NCBI GenBank assembly: GCA_965202585.1
Contig: OZ241833.1
Location: 41,788,001-41,852,000 of the forward strand
Length of the DNA stretch: 64,000 bases
Source of the DNA: Thalia democratica
Lineage: Eukaryota
Reading direction: 5' to 3'
Position numbers and translations under genes: made by a program. The notes under the pieces are model-generated. The model saw nothing but the letters and a program-made list of their open reading frames with translations, was not told the origin of the DNA and ran no database searches. Of the stretch, positions 24,034-37,431 are shown in pieces (the first letter of the stretch is position 1; the number at the start of each line of letters is the position of its first letter).

Positions 24034-26018
24034 ATGTTAACTTACCTTTGTTCAATTGTTCCATGGTGCACTTTCATCTTCACGGCGTGGAAAACCAGTA
24101 ATCTCTTCGATTCCATCCTTCAATCTTCTACTAACATGCAGCAAACGTTGCTCCACAAGTTGGACAAAGACACTATCAGAAATCAGCTCCATAATTATGT
24201 AGACAAAGTCTGCGATTACTGTTTCAACCCTGAGAAGTTGTTGAAAAAAATCAAAAGTTTCATCCAATTTTTGTACTACTTAACAATGATTGGTGCAGTC
24301 TGTTTTGTGTGGAAGTTTACCAACCAAATTATAGCTTTAGTCGCAATTTACTTGTTGTACAGTCATTGTGACGTCATAAACAAAAGCTGTTGCGACCTGT
24401 GGAGTATTGTCAAACGCCGTTGGTGGGTTTCGTGTGGGATTTCTATTTTGGCGGTAACTTTTACATGGATCTGCGTAGATTTTGTTATGTTTACAAACTT
24501 CAATGAACAATACAGTTGGATTATTTGTATAGCAGGTAGTTTTTCATCCTTCAATATGGTGTGGGTTTTCACCAAAAATTGTGTCAGTTGCTCGGGTTAT
24601 ATAATAAACTTGTTAAATTTTGCAATCAAAAATCCTTTGGCAGTTTTCTATGTGATAGCTGTTTTGGTGTTGGTAGGGTTTTGCTGGAGTTTGAGTAAAG
24701 TAATTGCCATTAGAGTCAGAAAATTCCTTGTAAATACAATTTACTTAACTGACGTCGACAAAAGCTCTCCAGAAAATTCTGTAGACCCTGAGTTATCAGT
24801 CATTTTCGAAAAATCGAAATTTCCTATTAAATTGAAAGTTCCGGAAAACTCTGTAGATCTTCCATTACCTGACCTTCCTGCCCAATGTAAAGTTCCAGAA
24901 AACTCTAAAGAACTTCCGTTATCTGAGTCTACTGCAAAATGTAAAGTTCCAGAAAACTCAAAAGAACTTCCGTTATCTGAATCTACTGCAAAATGTAAAG
25001 TTCCAGAAAACTCTAAAGAACTTCCGTTATCTGAATCTACTGCAAAATGTAAAGTTCCAAAAAACATTGAAGATCTTCCGTTTCCTAAACTTCCTACCCA
25101 ATGTAAAGTTCCAGAAAGTTATAAAGATTTTCCGTTACCTGGATTTTCTTACAAATATAAAATTCCTGAATATTCTGAAGATCTTCCGTTACCTGAACTT
25201 CCATTACAATGTAAAGTTCCAGAAAACTCTGAGAATCTTCAGTTACCTGAACCCCCTGCAAAATGTAAATTTTCTGAAAATTCTGAAGATCTTCCGTTAC
25301 CTGAACCTCCTGTCCAATGTAAAGTTCCTGAAAAATGTGAAAACATCAAAAACTTGATGAAAAATAACGATGAGGCGACTGTATCTGAAGATTAAGACAC
25401 TTTGGAAACTAAAGTAGTAAATACTAAAATTTCAAAAGCAAAGACTCGAGCTACTGCTGATTTTCCTTTCAATGCTGATAAATTTTTAACTGTCAATTGT
25501 CAAGATGACAACAAAGTTGCAGTTGAAGTTTTAACAGCTAAAGATATAAACACTGAAGCTTCAAACAAAAGTATTCCATATACACCTAATAAAATACCAG
25601 CATTAAACCTGAAGAGACAAAAAAGGTTGTAGTTGAAGCCTTAAAAAGAGTAGTGACAAGCACTAAATCTTCTGACAACAGTATTCCCTCTACACCTGAT
25701 ATAATTCTACCAGTTAAACCTAAATATACTTAAAAGATTGTTGCTGAAGCGTCAAAAGCTGATTCAGATGAAGAATTCCGTAGAACTCCTCTGAATCCTG
25801 AAGATTGTGACAGTTCTTCCGAGTCTGATAAAATTGAGGATTGTGAAAAAATACCGGAAGCAACTAGGACTCCACCTGTTCCAAAGCTTAAAGGTATGAC
25901 TTTCTTCTATTCTGATAGATCTAAGAATACGTCAGGAAGTGAATATGAGAAAAACGAAGACCGTGAACCAGGAAAGAATGTTGTGAGAGATGATAACCGA
26001 AAAGATGAAACAAAATGA
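24034..26018 (+). pseudogene. A3: multi-TM protein with 9 repeats, truncated at 453 aa
   Basis: GAA>TAA at 25393-25395, a 1-bp deletion at ~25603 and AAA>TAA at 25731-25733; ancestral stop at 26016-26018. The TM part and repeats are intact, so it may encode a truncated protein. Confidence 0.85.
24838..25323 (+). repeat. Coding 54-bp tandem repeat, 9 units
   Basis: Includes three consecutive identical protein units VPENSKELPLSESTAKCK. Confidence 0.95.
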
Positions 26019-27273
26019 ACGACTAAAGCGACGTAATCGGAAATTCTCTTGAAAATATTATTTAGTTATCATTGATGTATACTTAGTGTTAGATTTGAAT
26101 TTTTTGTTAAATTTTAAAAAATTTAGTTTCGTTGTATTGTGTTTTGTGAATCGCACTGAGACTAATTTTAATAAAATATCACTCAATATCAGTACTTTTT
26201 GTTTAGTGAATAGTAAAAATCAATGTATTTAAAAATTTGTAATGTTAAGTATTTAATAGTTTTATTTGTAACTATGTTTATTAATCTTGTCATATAAATA
26301 CCAAATCTAACTTTTAACTTTAAGTATTGTTTCGTCGAACGCAATTTTTTCTAATTTTAAAAATGTATTATGTTTAAACATTAATTAACATAAAAAAATT
26401 ATCTCAATTCTTGGTTTTAATGAAATGGTTAAATGAACTCGAAAAATTCTTAAGCTTTTTGACAAAACATTTAAATTTTCAGCATCACCTATGTAGTTTA
26501 GACTTTTTAGAAACTTAACTTAAATTTTAATTTAGTATACATAACTGAAGTTTCAGTTTGATAAAAGAAAGAAATTCTGTTTTAATTTGATGGTGTATTT
26601 AGAGTTCTAATTTTAAGCTTAATTATTTAATTTAGTTTGTTGTTTACTAGAATATGTTTGTACTTAGCCAGTAGTTTGTATGCATGTATATTTGATTACA
26701 ACTGAATTAAAGACAAATGATAGTTATAATTTCTTGTAATAATTTAGTAATCTTAGCATAAATTTGTTTTGATAGACAGTCTAATAACATAAGAGTTTCG
26801 CTAGAGTACTAAGTGTTTTTGTTATAATAAAATTTAGTTGTTGTATGTTATTGTCTTCCTACATTTTGCCATGTTTTTTTTCAGATTTTATGTTAAGTGA
26901 TGATCTCATTTTTAAGTGAAACATTGTTTTGAAAATAAGAGGTTTAAAATAATTGGAATATCTACTTAAAATAAAAATTTTTCATATGGATTTAAACTTA
27001 TTTATTATACAAAATATCTTTCGTTGTGGACAATGGTTTCTCTCAATATACATTTTTTTGAAGTGTGTGTACTGTATTATATACACATAAAAACTATCTT
27101 TGAATAAAAATAAAGTTTTACAGGCAGCAAGATGTATTTTTTAACATTAGTATGAACTTGTTTTCTAGAGTTTTAATCCGTTTTTAGTTTGTTTATAATA
27201 AGATCTACTATGTGAGATCTACTTTCAAACAGTTTTGTAACTTGCTGAATTCAATATTAATGTTTCATATGTT

Positions 27274-27638
27274 AGGGAAGGGCAATATACGAACCGCGGA
27301 AATGAAAACGATCAGCCCGCCAAAGTTTACAAAATTTAAAAGAAATCCGGCCTGCAAAAGGTATAACTAAGCAAGATTGTAAATCTGGTCCACTTTACCG
27401 AGTTTTAAAGCTTACACTAGGTTTTTTGGGACTAGATTTGAAGAAGAAAAGAAAGTTGTTAAGTGCAAATTATTAAAGCTCACACTAGATATTGAGTTGA
27501 AAATCAAATCGAACTAGTGTTTTTTCGAATTGATTCGGATTAATGAGTAGTTTTTGTGACTTAAATGAAATTGAAATGCTCAGTCCCGCCAAAGACTAAA
27601 CTTTTTCACCTCTGGCCCGCCGACTCAAAACCACCCCT
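27274..27638. mobile_element. MITE copy behind A3
   Basis: Homologous to 5961-6330, ATGTT on both sides. Confidence 0.6.
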
Positions 27639-27894
27639 ATGTTATTAGTCGGAAAACTTTTAATCTTTTCATTTCCAACAGGTTTTCAGAAGAGACGTTT
27701 GTTCGTATATGTTTGTATGTAATGAAATACGTCACTTATACAGAAACATTTTACACTAATGCTTCAATTGCTTAGTGGATAAAAACATAATAATAAAACA
27801 TTTACTTAAAAAATTAATAACATTATGAATACCAGTCTTTAATTCAAAATCTGTACTCTTGTAAAATTCAGCTCAACTTAAATATAATTAGAAA

Positions 27895-30800
27895 CTAAGC
27901 AGCAAAAGCTTTTAATGCATTATGTACTTTACATTTACTTGATATCAATTGAGCACTAAATTATATTAATGATGTTCTATGTATACAAAAACAATAATTA
28001 ATTAAAATTTATAAGTATTTAAAATTGAGAAAACACCTGAGAGTTACTGAAACATTAAGTGCTTGGCAACCCTGAAAAATAATCTTGCATAAAATTTAGC
28101 TATCAAAATTAAATAAAAAAATAACCTCATTAAGAGCTGCAATAGTCCAAGAACTGACTTGGTTCACCAAAATGGTTAGCAGTATTGAGGATTGATTAGG
28201 AATTAGAAAGATAATTGATCTGGCATTTAAATAAAGATGCCCAATTTGTTCTGCCTAACATAAGACTTTTTAGTGAGTTTATGAATATAAAGTAAATCAA
28301 ACAAATGACACTTTTTCAACATACAGGTAAACACTTTTCTTTAAAGTTGTGAACAAAAAGATAATAATACACATAGTTATCATAATAAACTAGAAGATTG
28401 TTGATTTAAGGCAATTTTTCAACATACAGGTAAATATTTTTCTGTGGAGTTGTGAACAAAAAGAAAAAAAAAACATGATTATCACAATAAAGTAGAAGTC
28501 TGTTGATTTAAGACAATTTTTCAACATACAGGTAAAGACTTTTCTGTGGAGTTGTGAACAGAAAATAAAATGCATAATTATCACAATAAAGTAGAAGACT
28601 GTTGATATAAATAACTTTGACAACATACAGGTAAAGACTTTTCTTTGAAGTTGTGAACAAAATTATAATAATACACTTCATCATCATAATAAAGTAGAAG
28701 AATGTTGATTTAAATAACTTTGACAACATGCAGATGATGTAGATTTGTTTTCTTTTTTATTCAACCATACACAGTTCAAGTTTATATTTTATTGATTTTT
28801 TTCATACTATGTCATTGTTTTTGAATTGTATGTGCTTGTACTTTAAGTACTTTTTATTACTTAAAGCAACATATAAAAGGTAAACTCTAAAAATACATAT
28901 GTAAAGAAAGTTAATGTAAAAATTTGATGGCCTACCACTTTCAAGAAAACTTTTCTGAAATGAATTGCAGTTTTTTAGAAATTTCTGCAAATAGATTTTT
29001 TGTATAATTACGTAATAAATAAAAACTTTGTGCAAATAATTCACTTGGTGACATTCACGAGGCCTCTCTTCTCTCGCTTTGACAGTTTTAAGCTAATTTT
29101 CAACTTTTGGCTCTAACTTTTTTAAACCTTTTTTTTTTCAAAAATAAATTTCACCATCGTTTTCAGCACAAAATTCTGCTTTCAAAAACATCAAACACTT
29201 TATCAAAACGTTAAAAAATAAGCAAATTACAACTTTAAAAATTCAAAGCTTTGAAATATACAAATTTTTGTTTTGAAAACATTTCAAACTTCAATGTTTT
29301 TGCATGATTTGATTTAGAAGTTTAAAAAACTAGCAGATACTAGTATTCATACTATGTACATAACAAATATTTCTGCTTTGTTCTTTTTTTCAACTATTTT
29401 ATTTTGTTAAACACTAAACGTTGATGCTTCTAACTATTCAGTAATTGCTTTAACAAAATCTATGCTAGTGAATCTAACTGTTTCAATTTAAGCTATATTG
29501 ATTACCATAACAATAAACTTGAGTTAAGTTCGTGTTACTCACTATACAAACTTACTGGTTTGTTTATTTACTTATAAAATAATGCTTCACTCTAAACTTA
29601 ATGAGATCCTTAGTTGTAATAAACACCTTAAAAAAACATTTAGAAAGAAATTTAAGCTCAGCTTAACTTTACTCACTATGTTTAACACGTAACAAAACTA
29701 TAAGAAAGAGTTAAATAGACTAAAAACTGTCAAATAAATAACTGTACTAGTATATTTTTTTAATTTAAAGTAGCTTTTATCTAAAATATCATCATTTAAA
29801 TTATAATAGGTTTTATATAACCTATTTTGGCACTTACATTTCATACTTCACAGTCTAAATTATTGCAGTTGTAGTAACAAACTTTAGTTTTAAACATGAT
29901 TTTTCAAACCAGAAGTCTTTCAATACTTGGGCTTTATTTATTTTGTTTTACTTATTGCATAAATTTTCATTTACCTTCCATTTATTTGTTCAAATAGTTT
30001 TTTCAGATTTGGTTTTAACAAATGATGATCTTTTATGTCTTAAAGTAGGAGTAAAACATAGTTTAGTTTATAATAAACTGTGAAAATAAAATATAATTTA
30101 TATCCTTAAAGCTACTTTAATTGAAAACTTTCATTTGCTTAATTTCAATATCATTAGTTTTATGCAAATTTTTAACCAACATAGTCGAATGATAATGAAA
30201 AAAGATTTTTGAAAATGTTCCACTTCAACCAAAATCTGTTATTAATAATATACAAGTATATTGATTAGTATCATGAATAAATTTACTTAATAAGTTGGTT
30301 ACTATGTTTAAAGTATACTAATAAAATTAACTTACATTATTAGAAATCATACTTTCAGCTTTGAACGTTTTTATCTTGTTCTCAATTTTTGTACAGATAT
30401 TTTTCACTTTGTTGTTAAGCAACTTATAAAGCAATCCAATAACAATTTTTTCAAGATCAATTTTGTCAGTTACATCGAACCAAATTTTTCGATGCTTAAA
30501 TGCTTATTTTTAATAAAAAAATTGATTACCATTAGCTTTAAGTTGTGTTGGTTTTGTTTCAAACTTGTAATTGATTTCCCATGCCTAGCAATAACTGATG
30601 AATAATAACTAAATTTTCTAAACAAAACAAGCTGTTTTTGTTTCCAAATTTAAACTAATGAACTTATGTTATGAGACGATGTATATGTAACAGGCTTTAA
30701 ATGAAAACTATACATAAGTGACTGAAAAAATGCATTAATTAAATAACATAAGTTTTAAATAAACTAGCTTAGAATATGAAAAACAAATGCTTTAACATTT

Positions 30801-31869
30801 TAGTAGTTATTTACATCATTTTAAAAAGCGTATCATCAATAGGTGTAAAAAAATAATCAAATAATAAGCAAAATAAACTTTGCTTGCCTATTATAAAAAG
30901 CCTAGACACGGCCTTGCTGCTGATGTGCATTCAAATAATTTATCTCATTTATTTTTGAGCTCCTCAATTTTTTTAGAAGTACTCTTCACATAGTTTGAAA
31001 GATCTTTAATTTTAGTTTGTATAAATGTCTGTTTCCTACATTTGTTTAAAATTTAATATAAATAGGCTGAAAAAGTTTAAAAAAACCCTATAAAAACTGA
31101 GGGTAGAATTATATTTTTACTGAAATAGTCTATTTTTTTCTTCTTATCTCAAAAGTTACAAAGAATTTAAAAAATATGTAGATAACTACCAGTAGCTTAG
31201 TTTTTAATGTAAAAAAACTGATTTTCAATATAAAGCGATTCTCTCCCTGTAGCCTTTGAAATTTTAGTTGATAAAAGATTACTTTTTAAGACACAAGTGG
31301 AAGGATGGAACCCTTATAACATTAAAATTTTTATTAAAAAAGTTTAAAGAATGCCCTCCAAATCTAACAACAGGACTGTACTGCGACGAAGGCTTAATTT
31401 CTATAGAGAAAAAAAAAACACAAGTAAAGTTGATATAGAGAAAATTAAAAAAACTATGCACATAATGTCAAAAGACATGGGAATAAAGTTAGATGTCAAA
31501 AATCAAGAAGATATAGAAGTTCAGGTTGATATTTTGTTTAAATGAAAGTTTTAGTTTTTTTTTTTAAGTTTTCAATTTAAATATTTTCAGTATGACTGAG
31601 CAGTTAGCTCTTTCCGTCAAAATTTTAATGGAATAAGGAATTGAAAAATTTTCCAAATTCAATAATTTCCGAATTCTTTGAATTTCAAACTATCATTATA
31701 AATCTATGTTTTAAAAGAACGTAATGCTTTCCATATTCCTTGAAAGAATTTTGGCAAGAAATGCTAATTGTTTAAAGGATAAAACTGAAACATTATGTTT
31801 TTATTATCTACTATCTTCTTTTATTCCAAAAGGAACAACTGCTCCAGTGTTCCTCCATACGTGTTGCCC
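27895..31869 (-). pseudogene. Decayed multi-exon gene, copy 2
   Basis: Same exon series as copy 1; an extra TAA in the exon equivalent to 8776-8674. Confidence 0.5.
28309..28733. repeat. ~100-bp tandem repeat, copy 2
   Basis: Same units as 7001-7424. Confidence 0.9.
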
Positions 31870-32072
31870 CTGAAGCAGTATATAAAAAAAATTTACTACT
31901 TTATTGTGGTGACTGGATTATAAACCACAGTTAAATTTTTGCACCAAATATACTTGAAAGTCTATAACAGCCTGCCGCCTATCTTAGTAAGTGTAAAATA
32001 AAGATTTCATTTACAGGGATTTTTCTTATTCAATTATAATTATTATAAACATTTATAAATGATTATATACTT
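31517..32072 (+). repeat. X block, left repeat of calpain cassette 2
   Basis: Matches 10216-10767. Confidence 0.9.
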
Positions 32073-32303
32073 TTTTCAAACAACAGTTTTAATACTTTTC
32101 ACTTATCACGACTATTTTTATTATTAGTTTTTGTAAAAAAAAATAATAAAGTTTACACATCAACAAAAACCAACTTATGTTATCTATGATTTACTTGTTT
32201 ATTTTTTTTTCTTTTGCTGCATAAAAATAGCTAAGTAATCTTATTTTCACATTTCAGGTGTTCGATTTTTAAGCAAGTGACACTTTTATGTTGCAAATGA
32301 AAA

Positions 32304-33279
32304 ATGTTCAAAATCGGTCGAAGCGTTCTGGCAAGAGCTTTTTGCCTGAAAACATTTGACCAACACAAAGAAGACCAAACTACTAGTACCAGTGAATACT
32401 GCGTGGCACAGTTTTCTCCATTGTCTACAGGGCTCAACAACATTGAAAAAAACATTGAACACTTCAAACGAGATTCGCAGCAACAAAACTGCTGGCGACA
32501 ATTCAACTACTGGTGACAGTTTTAGAGCTTGTGAAAGTATAAGCGTGCACGCCTTCAAACAAGGTAGGCTGGGAAACTGCGGCATGATATCTTCAATGGC
32601 GGCACTGGCAACCAACAGAGACATTTACAACAAGGTCGTGCCAGCAGGTCAGAACTTTGAAAGCAACGATTCATCAAGCGTCTCGTTCAACCTTTACAAG
32701 CTGGGCAAGCTTCACAGAGTCGAGGTGGACAAAAAACTGCCGACGGACGAAAAAGGGTTGGTGTACGGCAGAAGCTGGAATGGAAACTTGGTGGGGCCGT
32801 TGCTGGAAAAATGTCTTGTTCAGCTGCACTTTGGAGGAAGTTACGGACGTTCCCACGGCGTCAACGCGCACCACGTCATGAACAGCCTGACAAACTGTTA
32901 CTTTGAAGAATTTTTGTTCGAAGGAAACCGTTCGAGTTCTGCGCAAAAACGAGTTGTCAATCACGGGTTGGAAACAAAATCTCAAATGGCAGTGGGTTTT
33001 AAAGAGCCAGTGAAAAAATATAACTTGCTAAGTCACCATTACCACAGTGTGTTTGAAGTGGAAAACACTACTGACTCCCTGCAACTCTACGACCCTCACG
33101 GTAGGCTTTTATCAATTTCAAAAAAAAAATTTTTTGACGCTGAAAAATCACTGGAGATATGCTATTTTGACAACAAAATTTTCGGAAATCCAGATATAAA
33201 AACTTCGATTGAGTTTACAGGCAGCTGGCTACCGTTGAAGATCAATGAAAAAGTAAATATTGTCGACTACGACCTATAA
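32304..33279 (+). pseudogene. Calpain-like protease, copy 2, N-terminal frameshift
   Basis: Same motifs as copy 1; same A7 frameshift at ~32446-32452; in-frame 3-bp loss (NTKTDS>NTTDS). Confidence 0.8.
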
Positions 33280-33706
33280 ATTTAATTTCAAAATACAATT
33301 CTTCGATAAGTCTTCAAGCTTTTATTATTACGAACGATGGCAAAGTGACTGTAAAAAATGCTCGGCCCTTTTCAGTAACGACGGTAAAATTTTCTATAGA
33401 AAATCCTTTAGAGATAATTTAAAAAGTGGAAATTACAAATTAGTAATTGTGGTGTCAAAATCATTAAAACTGAAGAGTTGCTTAGAATGTGAGAAGTACT
33501 TGGAAAACGGCAGGAATGAATTTCTTTTCCGACTTGCTGCTTCAAAACAATGCTTTGTTGAAAAGACTGAGGGAAAGGATTCTGAGGAAGTAGAGGAAGT
33601 AATACTTGATTGGTGGTATTGTGACTTTTTGTTCGAAAACAGCTTTACTAAAAAAGAAAAAATTTTGATTTTTCTTAAAAAAATATTTTCTTACCTAAAA
33701 CTGTAG
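33260..33706 (+). CDS. Downstream (+1) frame of calpain copy 2, putative domain III remainder
   Basis: 148 open codons, overlapping the CTA-TAA stop as in copy 1. Confidence 0.55.
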   Translation: MSTTTYKFNFKIQFFDKSSSFYYYERWQSDCKKCSALFSNDGKIFYRKSFRDNLKSGNYKLVIVVSKSLKLKSCLECEKYLENGRNEFLFRLAASKQCFVEKTEGKDSEEVEEVILDWWYCDFLFENSFTKKEKILIFLKKIFSYLKL

Positions 33707-36016
33707 ATATAACATTATAAGAAAATAAATTTGTTACTGAGTAGTAGTTGCTACAGTTACTTGTTGTGTAATATGTACTTTATGAAGACAAAAGCTTTTA
33801 TAATTGTTTATATAATTTATTATTTGGTTTTTATCACATTAAAGCGTTTGTAAATAACAAACTAGTCAAACGATACTGAAATCTAGCCGAGTTAAAGTAC
33901 TTCAAGATTTTTTTAGTTAGAAGTTGACCATCTCTTGATTTAAAATGAGTTGTTATTTCAAATCAACTAAAAACGTTCAAAATTTCTGGCCATATTAGAA
34001 GATTTTTACAAAAGTTTAAAACTAAACCTTGCGATTGGCAAGAAACGTTAAGACTTTTTTTGATGACTGAAACTATGTTATGTATAAAATCATTTTGTAA
34101 ACATTATATAAGCAGACGTGTACACAAGTTTCTACAGAAACCTATAGTGATTTTAAAACTTAAACTCGAGACCAAAAATGTTTTATATATTTTTTTACAA
34201 ACGGGCATATACTTTTATTGGCTAGTATTTTTTCTACATCAAGTATTAAGAAAGAAAGATTAGTTGTAAGTTATTTTAATTTAAATACTAATAATATAAA
34301 ACATAACAATTTCAGTCTAATTAGCCTTATTAAAATAAAGAAACAAAACCACTAGTTAAGCATTATATAATGTGACAATATAAAAGTATTTTGTTAATAA
34401 AATATATAACTTTTACTTATACTTTAAATACTTTTTGACGCCGGTATTATATGCTGATGTTTTTTGCACTTAAAGAAGAACAGTAACTGCTCAGATTAAA
34501 GTTCTAATCATTTTAAATGCTAAGTGAAACTAGAAACTTGTGAAGAGCGTTTTGTTGTTTTGAAGATCGTGGTGTTCCTGGACAAGACATTAAACTGTGT
34601 CGATGGAGTATGACATGACAGCCGAAAGGTTTGTATGCACACCAGATCATTCAATCAATTTTTTCATTACTTAGTTTGTTTTTTTTTTTGTTGATCAGTA
34701 AACCATTGATTTTGTTTTTTAGTTTTCAGCTACCTAAAACTTGACCACCTTTAAAAAAAAAAACAACTTAAAACTAAATTTTTGGTGCCTAACTTATTTA
34801 ACAAAAAGAGCTATGTAAAAGATTACCGATTGGGAGCCATGAGCAGTGAAGAGGCAATTACTTAAGTTGAAAAACGGTTGACCGAGATAAAATGCTTAAA
34901 AGGCTGCACGCTATTTTAACTCGGAAAATTAAAATTTCGAAAATTCAAATTCTAAAAAAAGGCCAACACTTGAAAAATAGCATATATTAAAAAATAATTA
35001 GTATGTATGAAGGTCTTATAATATCTATAAATCGTTTTTTTTTTGTAAATTATCAAAAGAATTTCTAAATATGGCTAAAAAATGTTTTAAAGTATAGTTA
35101 TTTTATTAATTTGTGAGTATTTTGAATTTTACAAACAAAATAAAATGCTTTGTAGATTTTGATAAAACTTACATATGTGACTTTTTTAGTAAATATTACC
35201 TCTAGAGATATTGTATTTTAAATATTTTTAAGAATTTGAATTGTTTGATTTGTAAATGCCATGTAGCCATTTAAAAGATACTTCAATTACTCAAGATTAC
35301 GGTTCCAAACGAATTGATTTATTTTACTGTTTTTTGAGAAAATTGTTTACACTTTTTTAATATTTGATAGTATTAATGAAACTTTTCTGCTGAATTTTAG
35401 ATTTTATGGTAAACATTTTATAAAAAAAGCATGTTCACACTGTTTTAAAAAATAAATAGTGTGACTAAAGCAAATGTTAACTTACTTAAGTTAGTATCTA
35501 AAACCAGAAAATATAATAATAACAAGGGCATTTTTGATTTTAAAAGTTTTTATAAAGACTAAATTCCAATTATATTGCTTGTAAAGGTACAAATTGAAAT
35601 CATAAAAGTAAGAAGAAAGATTTATAAATAAAGATAGTTACAATGTTTATTTTTAAACGTGGACTAATTTGCTCAATATTTATTAAGTTTTATATTTTAC
35701 TGCTTGACACAATGACGCTCTTTTATTTATTTGCTAAACAATAAAAAACTAATATTTTTATAACAACAAAAAAGACGCTCAAACTATTTGGTACTAGGTC
35801 CAGGTGCACGAGGAACCTCCGGTTATCGAGTCGCACATCTTGTTTTAACGTCTTGTCGAGGACAAGAATAACAGTAGAATTTTTAAGTTAAGTCACACCT
35901 GTGTTAGTCTTTTTTTTGTGTTGCTAGACTAAAATAATATTAAGTTTATGCACAGTTGTCATGTAGAAACTTTCTAAACTTGTTCGCACTCCTTAGCAAG
36001 TTTTGTAAGATTAGAT

Positions 36017-36586
36017 AAGTTCAGGTTGATATTTTGTTTAAATGAAAATAGTAGTTTTTTTTTTAAGTTTTCAATTTAAATATTTTCAGTATGACTAAGC
36101 AGTTAACTCTTTTAGCTCTTTCCTTCAAAATTTTTAAAAATCAAAATACAAGGAATTGAAAATTTTTCCAAATCCAATGATTTCCGAATTCTTTGAATTT
36201 CAAACTATCATTATAAATCTATTTTTTAAAAGGACGTAATGCTCTCCATATTCCTTGAAAGAATTTTGGCAAGAAATGCTAATTGCTTCAAGGATAAAAC
36301 TGAAACATTATGTTTTTATTATTTTACTATCTTCTTTTGTTCCAAAAGGAACAACTGCTCCAGTGTTCCTCCATACGTGTTGCCCCTGAAGCAGTATATA
36401 AAAAAAAGTGTACTACTTTATTGTGGTGACTAAATTAAAAACCACAGTTAAATTTTTGCACCAAATATACTTGAAAGTCTATAACAGCCTGCCGCCTATC
36501 TTAATAAGTGTAAAATAAAGATTTCATTTACAGGGATTTTTCTTATTCAATTATTATTATAAATATTTATAAATGATTATATACTT
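36017..36586 (+). repeat. X block, right repeat of calpain cassette 2
   Basis: Matches 14736-15305. Confidence 0.9.
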
Positions 36587-36853
36587 AAGTTAGAAGTTAA
36601 CGGGTTAGAAATGATTAGGTTAGAAGTGATCGGGTTATAAATGATCGGGTTAGATATGATAGCGAGTTAGAAATGATAGTAAACCAACGAACCCTTAAGT
36701 TAGTGGTGGACAACTTATGTAATCAGCAAGTCATATTTACTAAAAAATCCTTTCTAGTGTCGATTGTTAAAAAAATGTACTTGCGGGCTGCGTAATTTAA
36801 AAAAACAACTCCAATTAACTATTGTTTCAGACAAAGCTATACTTAAATTTTCA

Positions 36854-37431
36854 AATACAGAAAAGCTAAAAAATAGCCCTTAAACAGCTGTCTAATGAAA
36901 CAATAACCAAAACACTTTAGTTGCAAAGCTTTCGTCCTTTATTTAGACATTTTCAATGCAAAAATACGGCTGTAAAAACAAAAATTAAAACATAAAATAT
37001 ATATATATATATCTATAAATGGAAATTTAATTGATAAAATGACATCTATTAACAGCAAACAAAACACTTTATATAAAAAATTTTTACTAAATAAAAAACA
37101 CATTTACTTTATTCCTACAATATTAATTACATATGTAATTTTATAAAACAAAACTCTTTTTAATATTATAGGAATAAAGTAAATGTGTTTATTATTTAGT
37201 AAACATTTTTTATATAAAGTGTTTTGTTTGCTGTTAATAGATGTCATTTTATCAATTAAATTTCCATTTATAGATATATATATATATATTTTATGTTTTA
37301 ATTTTGTTTTTACAGCCGTATTTTTGAATTGAAAATTTCTAGATAAAGGACGAGAGCTTTGCAACTAAAGTGTTTTGGTTATTGTTTCATTAGACAGCTA
37401 TTTAATGGCTATTTTTTAGCTATTCTGTATT
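36854..37431. repeat. Long palindrome copy 2, centre inverted relative to copy 1 (spacer 37127-37159)
   Basis: Spacer TTACATATGTAATTTTATAAAACAAAACTCTTT is the reverse complement (2 substitutions) of the copy 1 spacer AAAGAGTTTTGTTTTACAAAATTATATATGTAA. Confidence 0.95.

Larger units (their letters stand above)
22038..27680 (+). repeat. A-module copy 3
   Basis: Full-length 5' flank like module 1, with its own ~450-bp deletion joined at ~23300; MITE at 27274-27638. Confidence 0.85.
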
